The position numbers and the translations under genes were made by a program. The notes beneath the pieces are model-generated. The model was not told the origin of the DNA. It saw only the letters and a list, made by a program, of their open reading frames with translations, and did no database searches. Below, in pieces: positions 1 to 10,023 of a stretch of DNA of 64,000 nucleotides. Source of the stretch: Candidatus Eiseniibacteriota bacterium (lineage in GTDB: Bacteria; Eisenbacteria; RBG-16-71-46; CAVPCR01). Position 1 is the first letter of the stretch. Every line of letters begins with the position of its first letter. The stretch spans positions 480,001 to 544,000 of the forward strand of contig CAWGMA010000001.1 in assembly GCA_963823555.1 (NCBI GenBank). Reading direction: 5' to 3'.

Positions 1-2315
1 CTACACGGCGCAGCAGAACGGCGGATCGAACGCCATGTTCAAGGCGCAGACCGAGTGGGTCATCGCCAACCGGGAGGCGCGGAACCTCGTTCTTGCCCAC
101 CAGCTCGGCGACTGCACCGAGCACGGTGACAATAACGGAGATCCGATCGAGTGGATGCGCGCCGACACGTCGATGACCATCCTCGAGCAGGTGTCCACGA
201 GCCAGCCCGACGGGATGCCCTACGGGATCTGCGTCGGCAACCACGATCAGTCACCGAACGGCGATGCCGACGGCACGACCACCTTCTACAACCAGTACTT
301 CGGGGAGTCGCGCTTCACCGGACGCGCCTACTACGGCGGCCACTACGGGGCGAACAATGACAACCACTACACGCTGTTCAGCGCGAGCGGGATGGATTTC
401 ATCCTGGTGAGCCTCGAGTACGACACGTCGCCCGACGCCGCCGTCCTCGCCTGGGCCGATGATCTCCTCACCACACACAGCGATCGGCGCGCGATCGTGA
501 CCAGCCACTACCTGATCGGTACGGGCAACCCGGGGAGCTTCGGTCCTCAGGGGCAGGCGATCTACGACGCGCTCAAGGACAACCCGAATCTCTTCCTGAT
601 GGTGTGCGGCCATGTTCCGGGTGAAGGCCGTCGCACGGACACGTACAACGGGAGCACCGTCCACACGCTTCTTTCCGACTACCAGAGCCGGACGAACGGC
701 GGCAACGGCTGGCTCCGGATCCTCGAATTCCGCCCCGGCCTGGATCAGATCGCCGTCTTCACCTACTCGCCGTGGCTCGACCAGTTCGAGGCCGACGCCG
801 ATTCATCGAGCCAGTTCATCCTGCCCTACGCCATGGATCCGGCTCCCGACTGGGCGATGATCGGGACGTCGCAGGTGGTGGCGTCGGGAGGCAACGCCAC
901 GGTCGAGTGGACCGGACTCGATCCCCTCACTGAGTACGAGTGGTATGCCACGGTGAGCGACGGCTCGCGCTCGCGGTCGAGCTCGATCTGGACCTTCACG
1001 ACCGGGAGCTCGGCGGTGCCGGCGCCGGTGACCGATCTCGCCGCGGCGCAGGTCACGGCCGGCAACGGCGGGGATGGCACGACCGCGATCACACTCAGCT
1101 TCACGGTGCCGCCGGAGGCCGCGACCGCCGAGGTCTATCGCGCCCCGTTCGGCGTGTATCCCGAGTACGACGACGGTGGGGGAGCGACCCCCGCCGTTCC
1201 CTCCTATCCGCCGGGTGCGCCCTGGGTGCTGACCGCGGTCAACTCGAGCGGCCAGACCGATGATCCGCCCGGCCGCGACTTCTGGCACTACGTCGTCTTC
1301 ACCAAGAACGCGTCGGGGGGGACATCCGCCGTATCCAACATCACGGGAGGAACGCTCAACTATCACCTGGGCGACGTGAGCGACGGTGCGACTCCGGGGC
1401 AGGGCGACAACCTGGTCGGCATGCCAGATGTGAGCCTGCTCGGGGATCACTACTTCGCAAGCCTCGATCCCGGTGATCCCTTCAACTACCTGGATGTGGG
1501 ACCCACCACCGACTACTCGGTCCACGGCCGGCCCACGACGGACAACGTCCTCAACTTCGAGGACCTGATGATGTTCGCCATCAACTATGGAGAGGTGGGG
1601 TTCACTGCGCCCGTGGCTCCGGAGGAGATGCCGGTCGCGAGGCCCGAACTCGTCCTGCGCACGGAGGCGACCGCTGACGGTCTCGTGGCGCGGATCTTCC
1701 TCGAGGCCCATGCCGGCAACGTGAAGGGCATCCGCGCGCGGCTCGACATCGATCCCGAGCTTGCTCTGGTGCAGGTCGAGATGGGGGATCTCCTCGCGGC
1801 GCAGGGAGAGCCGGTGACCTTCCATCCGCTTCCGGCTCCGGTGGTGGGGATCGATGCTGCGGTCCTCGGCCAGGGCTCCGCCATCGTTGGCTCGGGTGAG
1901 GTGGCGCGGATCCGGCTTCGGGGGCGCGGTGACGTACGCATCGTGGTCGCAGATCTGCGCGACCTCCACAACCGTTTCCTCGGCGACGAGCCACAGCCGG
2001 CGGGTGTGGGCGAAGCCCTCGCCGTTCCACTACCGGCGCGCTTCGACCTGCTCGCGGGGCAACCGAATCCGTTCAATCCATCGACCACGCTCCGCTTCCT
2101 CTTGCCCGAGGCGACCATGGTCAGTCTGCGGATCTATGACGTCAGCGGGCAGCTGGTGCGCACGCTCGTCGAGGGTGACTTCGCTCCCGGCGAACATGCG
2201 GCGGTGTGGGACGGACGGAACGGCCGTGGTGGTGTCGGTGGGATCCGGTGTCTATCTGGTGCGGCTCACAGCCGGGGGACACGAGTTCACTCGGAAGATC
2301 CAGCTCGTGAAGTAG
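1..2315 (+). CDS. Calcineurin-like metallophosphoesterase with dockerin-like/cohesin-like modules and FlgD/T9SS-like C-terminal domain; 5'-partial, with an apparent +1 frameshift near 2230
   Basis: Frame is open from the window start (YTAQQNGGSNAM). Phosphoesterase motifs LGD, GNHD, SHY, CGH. The CTD starts PNPFNPST...WDGRNGRG in the 35..2425 frame and finishes VSVGSGVYLVRL...RKIQLVK* in the 1854..2315 frame. Confidence 0.8.
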
Positions 2316-2336
2316 AGCGCGGAGAGCGCGACCAGC

Positions 2337-2372
2337 GGGCGGGGGCACGGCGAAGACCGGCCCCCGCTCTTG
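2337..2372. terminator. Hairpin between convergent genes (probable terminator)
   Basis: GGGCGGGGGC...GCCCCCGCTC inverted repeat between the stop at 2315 and the convergent stop at 2382. Confidence 0.45.
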
Positions 2373-2381
2373 TCGTGTCGC

Positions 2382-3647
2382 TCACAGCTCGCGAATGCCG
2401 GCGAACTCGCGCTCGGGACGCGTGAGTTCGAACACGCCGTCCATCATCCCCCGATAGGCCTCGCTCAGCGTCGCACCTCGCCGGCGCATGACTTCCTGCA
2501 TGGTCTCGAGGGCGCGCATCGGATCGTGCAGCGAGAGCTTGGGGGGCGCTCCCCAGGCGAAGGACGGCACCCACTTGGTGGCCAGGACGGCGCTCCCGCC
2601 ATAGACGTTCGCCGCCACGCCGATCACCGTGCCGGTGTCGATGAGGGAGCCGATCCCGGTCTTCACATGATCTCCGATCATGGCGCCGACCTTCTGCTCG
2701 TTGGTGTCGACGAGCTGGCCGTCGCGCCACACCTTCACCGTCCCGTAGGTGTTCTTGAGGTCGGAGTTCGTGGTCATCGCGCCCAGGTTCACCCACTCAC
2801 CGACGAAGGCGTGACCGATGAACCCGTCATGGTACTTGTTCGAGTTGGCCTGAAAGATCGAGGCTTCGACCTCGCCCGCCACGCGGCAGCCGGGGCCGAG
2901 GGTGGTGCCCGCCCGGATCCGGCCGCCGAGGACCTGCGTGCGGGCGCCGATGGCGGCCGGACCCTCTAGCCGCGTGAGGCCGGCCACCCGGGCGCGACGC
3001 CCGAGGACAATGGGTCCGCCACGGAGATCGAGCACAGTGCCCGGCTCCACTTCCGCGTCGGGCGCCATGTGAATCGGGTGATCTCCGATCACATGCACGC
3101 CGGGTGGGAGTGCGGGGCTCGCCGCGGGGGGCAGCGTCTCCACGTCATGGTGGATGATCGCGCCGTTGGCGAGCACCAGCTCCCAGAGCTGCTCCGCGAT
3201 GTCCGCGGCGGCGACATGGCGCGGCAGACCCGCCACCATGCCGGGATCGAACAGGTAGCCGTTGGCATCGAGATTGTCCAGGAGACCGTTCCCGTCATCG
3301 TCGGGGATCCGTGCCGCGAGGAGCTCGTCACCGTTCCACCACGAGCCGGGACGGGGTTCGGAAGCGACGAGCGCGGCCAGGTCATGAGGAGCGAGCAGGC
3401 GTCCGTTGACGAGCACGAGGGATCCGCTGCCGCGCGGCAGCTCGTTGACGGGGCGCCCCGTCGCCTCCGCCAGGAGCGGGGCGAGATGGGGCCGGCAGAT
3501 GAGCGCCGCTTCTCCTCCGAAAGCCCGCTCGCAGCGCTCGCGCAGGCTCATGAGCCCGCAGAGGAGCTCGTAGACCGGGCGGGTATGGGATAACGGCGCG
3601 AAGTGCCGGTAGGCCATGTCTTCGAACACGATGAGCCGTTGCGTCAT
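2382..3647 (-). CDS. GlmU-like putative sugar nucleotidyltransferase/acetyltransferase (Bacteroidota-type, hexapeptide repeats)
   Basis: N-terminal FED..FAPLSHTRPVYELLCG, SNKYHDGFIGHAFVGEWVNLGAMTTNSDLKNTY, GDHVKTGIG. Start MTQRL at 3647 with GGGAGGGG RBS. Confidence 0.85.
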   Translation of the reverse strand: MTQRLIVFEDMAYRHFAPLSHTRPVYELLCGLMSLRERCERAFGGEAALICRPHLAPLLAEATGRPVNELPRGSGSLVLVNGRLLAPHDLAALVASEPRPGSWWNGDELLAARIPDDDGNGLLDNLDANGYLFDPGMVAGLPRHVAAADIAEQLWELVLANGAIIHHDVETLPPAASPALPPGVHVIGDHPIHMAPDAEVEPGTVLDLRGGPIVLGRRARVAGLTRLEGPAAIGARTQVLGGRIRAGTTLGPGCRVAGEVEASIFQANSNKYHDGFIGHAFVGEWVNLGAMTTNSDLKNTYGTVKVWRDGQLVDTNEQKVGAMIGDHVKTGIGSLIDTGTVIGVAANVYGGSAVLATKWVPSFAWGAPPKLSLHDPMRALETMQEVMRRRGATLSEAYRGMMDGVFELTRPEREFAGIREL

Positions 3648-3766
3648 GATCCCCTCCCTGTAATGAAGCGAGCGTTCCTGTGCGGGAATAGTAAGCTGCC
3701 CCCGCCGTCGCGGCAACGACGCGCCGTTCAGGCGCTGGAGGAGGTCCCCTCCGGGCGCGCGCCGGT

Positions 3767-3796
3767 TTGACAGGTGGCTGAACCTCCGCGTATCCT
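3767..3796 (+). promoter_or_regulatory. sigma70-like promoter for the TPR gene
   Basis: TTGACA(3767-3772)-18 nt-TATCCT(3791-3796). Confidence 0.55.
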
Positions 3797-3869
3797 CAAG
3801 TGCGCTTTATCTGGCCCTTTCCCCCAGGTTTGTTCCGGGATTCCCCGGAGATCCCAGGAGTGTTGTGCG

Positions 3870-4700
3870 ATGCTGTCCATCCGTTCGCTCCGTTCCGCCC
3901 TCGCTGTCCTCGTCTTCGCTGTGGTGGCCGCGGGGGTTGCTCAGGGTCAGGACTCAAACCCGACCGAGAAGGAGCCCACACCCGAGGAACAGGCGGCCAT
4001 CGACCAGAAGAGCGTCGAGATGGAGACCAGGCGCCGCGAGAACCTGCAGACGAGGGCGACCGATCCGCGCGAGCAAGAGATCGATCGGTTGCTCGCCGAG
4101 GTGGAGAAGTCTCCCAACGACTTCGATCTGCGCTACAAGCTGGGCAATGCCTATCATGAGGGCGGCCACCTGTTCTCGGCCCTCGGCGAGTTCGAAAAGG
4201 CAGTGGATATCGATCCCGCCCAGTCGCGCGCCTGGGTGAATCGTGGTGTTGTCCTGAAGGAGCTCGGACGCACCGAGGATGCGGAGGCGTCCTTCCGCCG
4301 GGCGGTGACCGCGAATCCGGAGGACGCTCTGGCGCATATCAACCTGGGGGATGTCCTGCTCACGCAGAAGGACTACCACGATGCCGTGGATGCCTATCGC
4401 ACGGCGATCCGCATCGACCCCGCCTTTCCCAATACCTACTACTCGCTGGCCATCGCCTTTGCCGAGTCGGGTCTCTATCGCGACGCCGCGCGCTCGTGGC
4501 GCCGGTGTGCCGAGCTCGCGGCTGGCGACCAGGGTGATCGGGGCACCGCGGACCGCGCTCTCGAGAACGCCAAGTTGATGGACGAGATCATCGCCGATGC
4601 CGAGAGGGAACTGGCGGAGCGCGAGGCCAAGCGACAGGAACTCCAGGGGTCGTCGGCTCAGCCGGCAGCATCCGGCTCGGAAGCGAAGAAGGGAAGCTGA
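3870..4700 (+). CDS. Exported tetratricopeptide-repeat protein
   Basis: Signal peptide (MLSIRSLRSALAVLVFAVVAAGVAQG) and several TPR units (YKLGNAY, WVNRGVVL, HINLGDVL, YYSLAIAF); GGAG RBS. Confidence 0.85.
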   Translation: MLSIRSLRSALAVLVFAVVAAGVAQGQDSNPTEKEPTPEEQAAIDQKSVEMETRRRENLQTRATDPREQEIDRLLAEVEKSPNDFDLRYKLGNAYHEGGHLFSALGEFEKAVDIDPAQSRAWVNRGVVLKELGRTEDAEASFRRAVTANPEDALAHINLGDVLLTQKDYHDAVDAYRTAIRIDPAFPNTYYSLAIAFAESGLYRDAARSWRRCAELAAGDQGDRGTADRALENAKLMDEIIADAERELAEREAKRQELQGSSAQPAASGSEAKKGS

Positions 4701-4711
4701 GCCGTGAGTGA

Positions 4712-6013
4712 TCAGCGGATCAGGATGACCTTTCCCTCGGCAGCATTGTTTCCTGCGCTCAAGCGCAGGAAGTAGATTCCGGCCGGGACCACGCGTCCAT
4801 TGTCATCCCTCCCGTCCCACGCGGCATTCGTTCCTGTCACGGTGATCCGTCGCCGGAGATGACCGGCCGCGTCGAAGACGCGGAGCTCGGCTCCCGCGGC
4901 CAGCCCGGCCGGGACCTCGAGCAAACGGACCTCCGAGGTGAACGGGTTGGGAGCGGTCACGAGGTGGTGGTCGGTCGAAGGGCCGGGTGGCGCAGCCGCA
5001 TCCGGGGCCAGAACATGATAGGTGCCGTCGGCCGTGCCGACCCCGACCACGTGGTCGGCGAGCACGGGGTCCGACAGGTAGACTCCACCCGTGCCGGCCA
5101 GCGCGTTCTCGCCGACGATCCTCCCGGTCGACCTCTCGATCACGACGAGCCGGTTCGCCATATCCCCGACGACGATGTGGTCGCGCGCGAGGGCGGGCTG
5201 GCTGTAGCAGTCATTGCCGATCGGACGCTGCCAGAGGAGATCCCCGCCGGCGGCCGTCAGGGCCAGAACGGTGGCACCGGTCCCGGTTGCGGCATACACG
5301 ATGCCGCCGGCGACCACCGGTGAAGCGTAGGCCGGATCACCCGCGATCGGGTGCCGCCAGCGCTCCTTGCCGTCGGCATCGAAGGCCATGATGAGGTCGC
5401 GGGTCGCCACCACGACCTGATGGCCATCGCTCGCTGCCCCCGAGAGCAGTCGGCGCGGAAGTTCCACGGACCATACTTCATGACCGTCGGCCAGCGCGTA
5501 GGCATGAAGGCGACCGTCGGCGGCGCCGGCGATGACGAGGTCCTCGAGCAGAGCGGGGCGCGCCAGGGCCGGGCCGCCGGGCAGGCCATCTGCCGTACGC
5601 GGGAAGTCCACTTGCCAGAGCCGAGAGCCTGCGGTGTCGAAGGCGGCGAGCGCGTGCGTCGAGGCGGCGATGAACCCCCAGTCCACGGCGATCGGCGCGG
5701 CGAAGACGCCGCCGAGGCGGATGGCGAAGCGCGGCGCTCCGCTCGCGCGATCGAGCGCCACCAGATCGGGCATACCAGTGGGAGATACGCCGCCGACCAG
5801 AACCAGATCGCGGCACGTCATCGCGCAGCGCGGCGAGAGCGGAGCTACCCCGCGCCGCCACACCACGTCGCCGTCCTGCACCTGCCGGGCTTCGACGGCG
5901 TCGCTCGCCGGCAGGACGAGAATCCCGTCCGTGAGCGGGGCGCGCCACGTCGAGAGGGGCGCCTGACCCGCCTCCATGCGCCAAAGGGCGCGTAGCGGCA
6001 GGGTGAGATCCAC
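4712..6013 (-). CDS. PQQ/BamB-like beta-propeller protein with FlgD/T9SS-like C-terminal domain; true start probably upstream (~6109)
   Basis: Repeated A.D..G...W propeller motifs. C-terminus PNPF...VFDAAG...WDGRDDNG...GIYFLRL...GKVILIR. A signal-peptide-like stretch lies in frame upstream of the GTG. Confidence 0.8.
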   Translation of the reverse strand: MDLTLPLRALWRMEAGQAPLSTWRAPLTDGILVLPASDAVEARQVQDGDVVWRRGVAPLSPRCAMTCRDLVLVGGVSPTGMPDLVALDRASGAPRFAIRLGGVFAAPIAVDWGFIAASTHALAAFDTAGSRLWQVDFPRTADGLPGGPALARPALLEDLVIAGAADGRLHAYALADGHEVWSVELPRRLLSGAASDGHQVVVATRDLIMAFDADGKERWRHPIAGDPAYASPVVAGGIVYAATGTGATVLALTAAGGDLLWQRPIGNDCYSQPALARDHIVVGDMANRLVVIERSTGRIVGENALAGTGGVYLSDPVLADHVVGVGTADGTYHVLAPDAAAPPGPSTDHHLVTAPNPFTSEVRLLEVPAGLAAGAELRVFDAAGHLRRRITVTGTNAAWDGRDDNGRVVPAGIYFLRLSAGNNAAEGKVILIR

Positions 6014-6327
6014 CGCTGGATCGGCGGGTTCACCCGCGCCGGCGCCGGCACCGAACGCGATCGCGAACGCGATCAGGGCCGCGAGACGGAACGCACGCGC
6101 TACGGCAATGCAATGGGTAAAGCCAAGTTCGCGGATCGCGCTCGCACCTCCTCCAGCCCACCGCGGATCACGAGCGCGACGACCACCGCCGCGGCGGAGG
6201 GCAGGATGGGGGTGAGGTGTGCAAGAAGGCGACCCCGTTCCCGGCGTGTCTTTTCCCGCAATACCGTTCCCGGCGAGGGGCGCCGGGCCACCGCCAAGCG
6301 GCTGGCATTCGGGCTCGTTCTCGCGGG

Positions 6328-6356
6328 TTGCGGCCCAGGCGCGCTCTTGATAGATT
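6328..6356 (+). promoter_or_regulatory. Putative sigma70-like promoter for the leuA-like/etfBA genes
   Basis: TTGCGG-17 nt-TAGATT with extended -10 TG. Confidence 0.4.
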
Positions 6357-6411
6357 GACGCAACGCAAGTACACGCAACCGACTACGGCGAAAACGAGGA
6401 GAGGGAGCGCA

Positions 6412-7692
6412 ATGTCGGTCCAGGCCAAGCCCGAGCTCATCTATGACTGGAACATACGCGGCGGGGACGTCCGCGAATGGCCGCGCACCATCGAGTTCGT
6501 GGACGAATCGCTCCGCGACGGGTTGCAGTCGCCGTCGGTGATCGATCCATCCGTCGAGACCAAGATCGAACTGGTCCATCTCATGGATCGCCTGGGGGTG
6601 CAGGCGGTCGATGTCGGACTGCCCGGCGCCGGCCCGCGGCACGCGCAGTCCTGCGAGCATCTCGTCCGCGATATCGTTCAAACCAAGCTCAAGATCCGTC
6701 CCAACTGCGCCGCCCGGACGCTGATCAAGGACATCACGCCGATCATCGAGATCTCGGAGCGGGTCGGCATTCCGGTCGAGGCCTGCACCTTCATCGGCTC
6801 CAGTCCGATCCGGCAGTACGCCGAGGACTGGTCGATCGAGCGCCTGCTGCGGCATACCGAGGAAGCGGTGAGCTACGGGGTGAAACACGAGATCCCGGTC
6901 ATGTACGTGACCGAGGATACGACGCGCGCCCACCCCGAGACTCTGGCCAAGCTCTTCAAGGCCGCCATCCACGCCGGTGCCGGCCGACTCTGTCTGTGCG
7001 ATACGGTGGGTCATGTCACGCCGCGCGGCGTAGAGGCCTTGGTTCGCTTCGCACGCGATTTGATCGATGCCGAGAGCGCCGATGTCAAGCTCGACTGGCA
7101 CGGTCACAACGATCGCGGACTTGGCGTCATCAACTCGATCGTCGCCGTCCGCGCCGGTGTCGACAGGGTGCACGGTACGGGACTGGGGATCGGCGAGAGA
7201 GTCGGCAACACGCCGATCGATCAGCTCATGGTGAATCTCCGGCTCTTCGGCTGGATCAAGAACGATCTCTCGGCTCTGGGCGAGTACTGCCAAACGGTGT
7301 CACGAGCGGTCGGCGTGCCGATTCCGATCAACTACCCGATGGTCGGGCCGGACGCCTTCCGCACCGGGACCGGTGTCCATGCCGCGGCCGTGATCAAGGC
7401 TTTGCGCAAGGGCGATGTCTGGCTCGCCGACCTCGTCTATTCGGGAGTGCCGGCGCACTGGGTGGGTCTCGAGCAGAAGATCGAGATCGGTCCGATGTCC
7501 GGCGAGTCGAACGTCATCTTCTGGCTCGAGCGGCACGGTATCGCCGCCGATCCGGCGCTGGTCGCCCGCATCTTCGCTCAGGCCAAGGAGTCCGCGCGGA
7601 TCCTCGCGGACGAGGAGATTCGCCAGGTCCTGGCCGAGGCCGGGGTCGCGGTCAGCGCCAGCAAGCCGGCCGGCCCGAGTCCGGTCGAGTGA
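6412..7692 (+). CDS. leuA: 2-isopropylmalate synthase-like DRE-TIM Claisen-condensation enzyme (LeuA family), lacking the C-terminal regulatory domain
   Basis: DESLRDGLQ, LCDTVG, HGHND.GLG..NS, GIGERVGN, AF...GVH motifs. Start MSVQAK after GAGGAGAGGGAG. Exact substrate uncertain. Confidence 0.7.
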   Translation: MSVQAKPELIYDWNIRGGDVREWPRTIEFVDESLRDGLQSPSVIDPSVETKIELVHLMDRLGVQAVDVGLPGAGPRHAQSCEHLVRDIVQTKLKIRPNCAARTLIKDITPIIEISERVGIPVEACTFIGSSPIRQYAEDWSIERLLRHTEEAVSYGVKHEIPVMYVTEDTTRAHPETLAKLFKAAIHAGAGRLCLCDTVGHVTPRGVEALVRFARDLIDAESADVKLDWHGHNDRGLGVINSIVAVRAGVDRVHGTGLGIGERVGNTPIDQLMVNLRLFGWIKNDLSALGEYCQTVSRAVGVPIPINYPMVGPDAFRTGTGVHAAAVIKALRKGDVWLADLVYSGVPAHWVGLEQKIEIGPMSGESNVIFWLERHGIAADPALVARIFAQAKESARILADEEIRQVLAEAGVAVSASKPAGPSPVE

Positions 7693-7785
7693 GACGGCGG
7701 TCCGCACCGCTCGAGCTCGTGTTCCGCGCCCGGAGGTCCGGGCGCCATTGTCATCACGGTTTCGTGGAGTGAATGGGGGAGGACG

Positions 7786-8583
7786 ATGATCGCGATCGTC
7801 TGTATCAAGCAGGTGGCTGAGACGCCCAACCAGGTGGAGTGGGACCCGGCGACCCAGGTCCTCAACATCGACAAAGCGACCAAGATCCTGAATCCCTACG
7901 ACCAGTTCGCGGTGGAAGAAGCGATCCGGATGCGCGAGCAGGACGGAGGGAAGGTGGTGGTCCTCGCCATGGGGCCGGAGCGCACCAAGGAGGCGATGCG
8001 CGAGTGTCTGGCGATGGGAGCGGACGAGGCGGTGCTCCTCGATGATCCCGCCTTCGAGGGAGCGGACGGCCTGGCCACGGCGCGCGCCCTGGCCGCCGCC
8101 GTCAAGAAGATCGGCGAGTTCGACGTGATCCTCTGCGGCAAGCGGGCCATTGACGGCGAGATGCATCAGGTTGGCCCGCGACTCGCCGCCATGCTCGGCA
8201 TCCCCGTGATCTCGCTCGTCACCAAGGTGGTCGCCGTCGACTGGAAGGCGCGGACGGTGAAGGCCGAGCGCGTGATCGAGAAGGGGCGCGAGGTGCTGGA
8301 AGCCAGGCTGCCCCTGGTCCTGACCGCCGAGAAGGACATGAACCAGCCGCGATATCCTTCTCTCATCAACATCCGCAAGGCGGCGAAGAAGGACATCCCG
8401 ACCTGGAAACCCGCCGATCTCGGTCTCGACGCCGCAGCCATCGGTCGCAGCGGTTCGGGGGTGCGCGTCGGCGAGATCCAGATGCCGCCGGCGCGTTCGG
8501 CCGGTGAAGTGTTCACAGGCGACGTGGATCACGCCGTCGATCAGCTGGTCGAGCGGCTCGTCGGCACCAAGCTGATCGGCTAG
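7786..8583 (+). CDS. etfB: Electron transfer flavoprotein beta subunit
   Basis: VCIKQV, NPYD..AVEEA, LAMGAD, CGKRAIDG, NQPRYPS motifs. Confidence 0.95.
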   Translation: MIAIVCIKQVAETPNQVEWDPATQVLNIDKATKILNPYDQFAVEEAIRMREQDGGKVVVLAMGPERTKEAMRECLAMGADEAVLLDDPAFEGADGLATARALAAAVKKIGEFDVILCGKRAIDGEMHQVGPRLAAMLGIPVISLVTKVVAVDWKARTVKAERVIEKGREVLEARLPLVLTAEKDMNQPRYPSLINIRKAAKKDIPTWKPADLGLDAAAIGRSGSGVRVGEIQMPPARSAGEVFTGDVDHAVDQLVERLVGTKLIG

Positions 8584-8607
8584 GCCGGGACCGGGGGGAG
8601 TGGAGTC

Positions 8608-9594
8608 ATGAAGATTCTGGTCATCGCTGAGAGGGATGGGGAGAAGCTGGCCCCGATCACGTTCGAGCTCACCGGCAAGGCGCAGGCGCTGGCGGCGTCC
8701 GCCGGGGGCAAGGTGGATTGTCTCGTCTTCGGCGGCGGGGCCGCTGGTCTTGCGCCCGAGCTCTTCGCCCGCGGTGTCGACCGCGTGCTGGCAGCCGATC
8801 ACGCCGATCTGACTGAATACCGCTTCACGCCCTACGTGCGGATCGCCGCCGAGACCGTGAAGCGCGAAGGCCCGGATACGGTGCTCGTGCCCTCGACGCT
8901 ACGGGGCAAGGAGCTGGCGGCCGGACTCGCCGCACAGCTGGACCTTGGTCTCGCTGTGGACGTGGCGGCGATCGAGGCGGACGGTGGTGGTTTTCGCTTC
9001 ACGCGTCCGTGCTTCGGTGGCAACCGCACGGTTGACATCACCGCGGTCGCCAAGCCGGTGATCGCCGCGGTCAGGGCCAAGGCCTTCCCGGCTCCGTCCC
9101 CGGCCGAAGGCAAGAGCGGGGAAGTGGTCCAGATTTCTGCCGACCTGAAGCCCGAGGAGCGGGATCAGGTTCGCGTCATCGAGTTCATCGCCGGCGGCGG
9201 CGAGGGCGAGGTCAACCTGCAGGATGCCGAGATCGTGGTCTCCGGCGGCCGCGGCTTGCAGAAACCCGAGAACTTCTCGGTCGTTCGCGAGCTGGCGCAG
9301 AGCCTGGGGGCCGCGGTCGGTGCCTCTCGCGCGGTGGTCGATGCCGGCTGGATCCCCTACGCGCACCAGGTCGGACAGACCGGCCGCACCGTGACCCCGC
9401 GGCTCTACATCGCCGTCGGCATCTCGGGAGCGATCCAGCATCTCGCCGGCATGCGCAATTCGGACGTCATCGTCGCCATCAACAAGGATCCGGAGGCCCC
9501 GATCTTCAAGGTCGCCAACTACGGGATCGTGGGCGATCTCTTCGAGGTCATGCCCAAGCTGACGGCCAAGATCAAGGAACGGAACGCAGGCTAG
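8608..9594 (+). CDS. etfA: Electron transfer flavoprotein alpha subunit
   Basis: [45 protein letters not shown] motifs. Confidence 0.95.
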   Translation: MKILVIAERDGEKLAPITFELTGKAQALAASAGGKVDCLVFGGGAAGLAPELFARGVDRVLAADHADLTEYRFTPYVRIAAETVKREGPDTVLVPSTLRGKELAAGLAAQLDLGLAVDVAAIEADGGGFRFTRPCFGGNRTVDITAVAKPVIAAVRAKAFPAPSPAEGKSGEVVQISADLKPEERDQVRVIEFIAGGGEGEVNLQDAEIVVSGGRGLQKPENFSVVRELAQSLGAAVGASRAVVDAGWIPYAHQVGQTGRTVTPRLYIAVGISGAIQHLAGMRNSDVIVAINKDPEAPIFKVANYGIVGDLFEVMPKLTAKIKERNAG

Positions 9595-9601
9595 GCAGGG
9601 C

Positions 9602-9638
9602 CGGGGCCGGGCGCCCTCGATCGGGGTGCCCGGTCCCG
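9602..9638 (+). terminator. GC-rich hairpin after etfA
   Basis: CGGGGCCGGGCGCCCT/GGGGTGCCCGGTCCCG stem with G-U pairs right after the stop; no clear U-tract. Confidence 0.45.
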
Positions 9639-9712
9639 AGGCCCATCCGGGGCCCGCGGCCGCCCCCGCGGCCGCTGCAAGCCTGCTAAGTTCAAGTCAT
9701 ATCAACCATTAG

Positions 9713-9742
9713 TTGACAGCCGCGGGGCTTCTCTGCTATATT
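9713..9742 (+). promoter_or_regulatory. Near-consensus sigma70 promoter for the C25 protease array
   Basis: TTGACA(9713-9718)-18 nt-TATATT(9737-9742), extended -10 TG, AT-rich tract immediately upstream (9686-9712). Confidence 0.7.
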
Positions 9743-10023
9743 TCCGCAGTCGCCCTACTCTTGGACCGTCGGCTCCGCCGCCGGCGACCGCCGCGCACAA
9801 CGCCCCGACCCAACCGAGGTGGCATCCACAGTCCTTGCTACTCCCGCGCCCGTTGCCTGATCTCGACCGATCCATTCCAACATCCTAGGGCTTGCGCGGA
9901 TCCGTTCGCGAGCGGGCTTCGTGGTTGATTCCGTTCAGATTCGTGAACCGAGTGCGTCATGCCTTGCCGGGGATCCCGCCAAGGTGAACGCCATTCATCG
10001 AAGCGCGAGGAGGTCCGGCGGCG

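Noticed and set aside
2316..2425. C-terminal tail of the 796-aa ORF as a genuine domain
   Set aside because: Out-of-frame read-through overlapping a hairpin and the convergent gene; the canonical tail is in the +1 frame.
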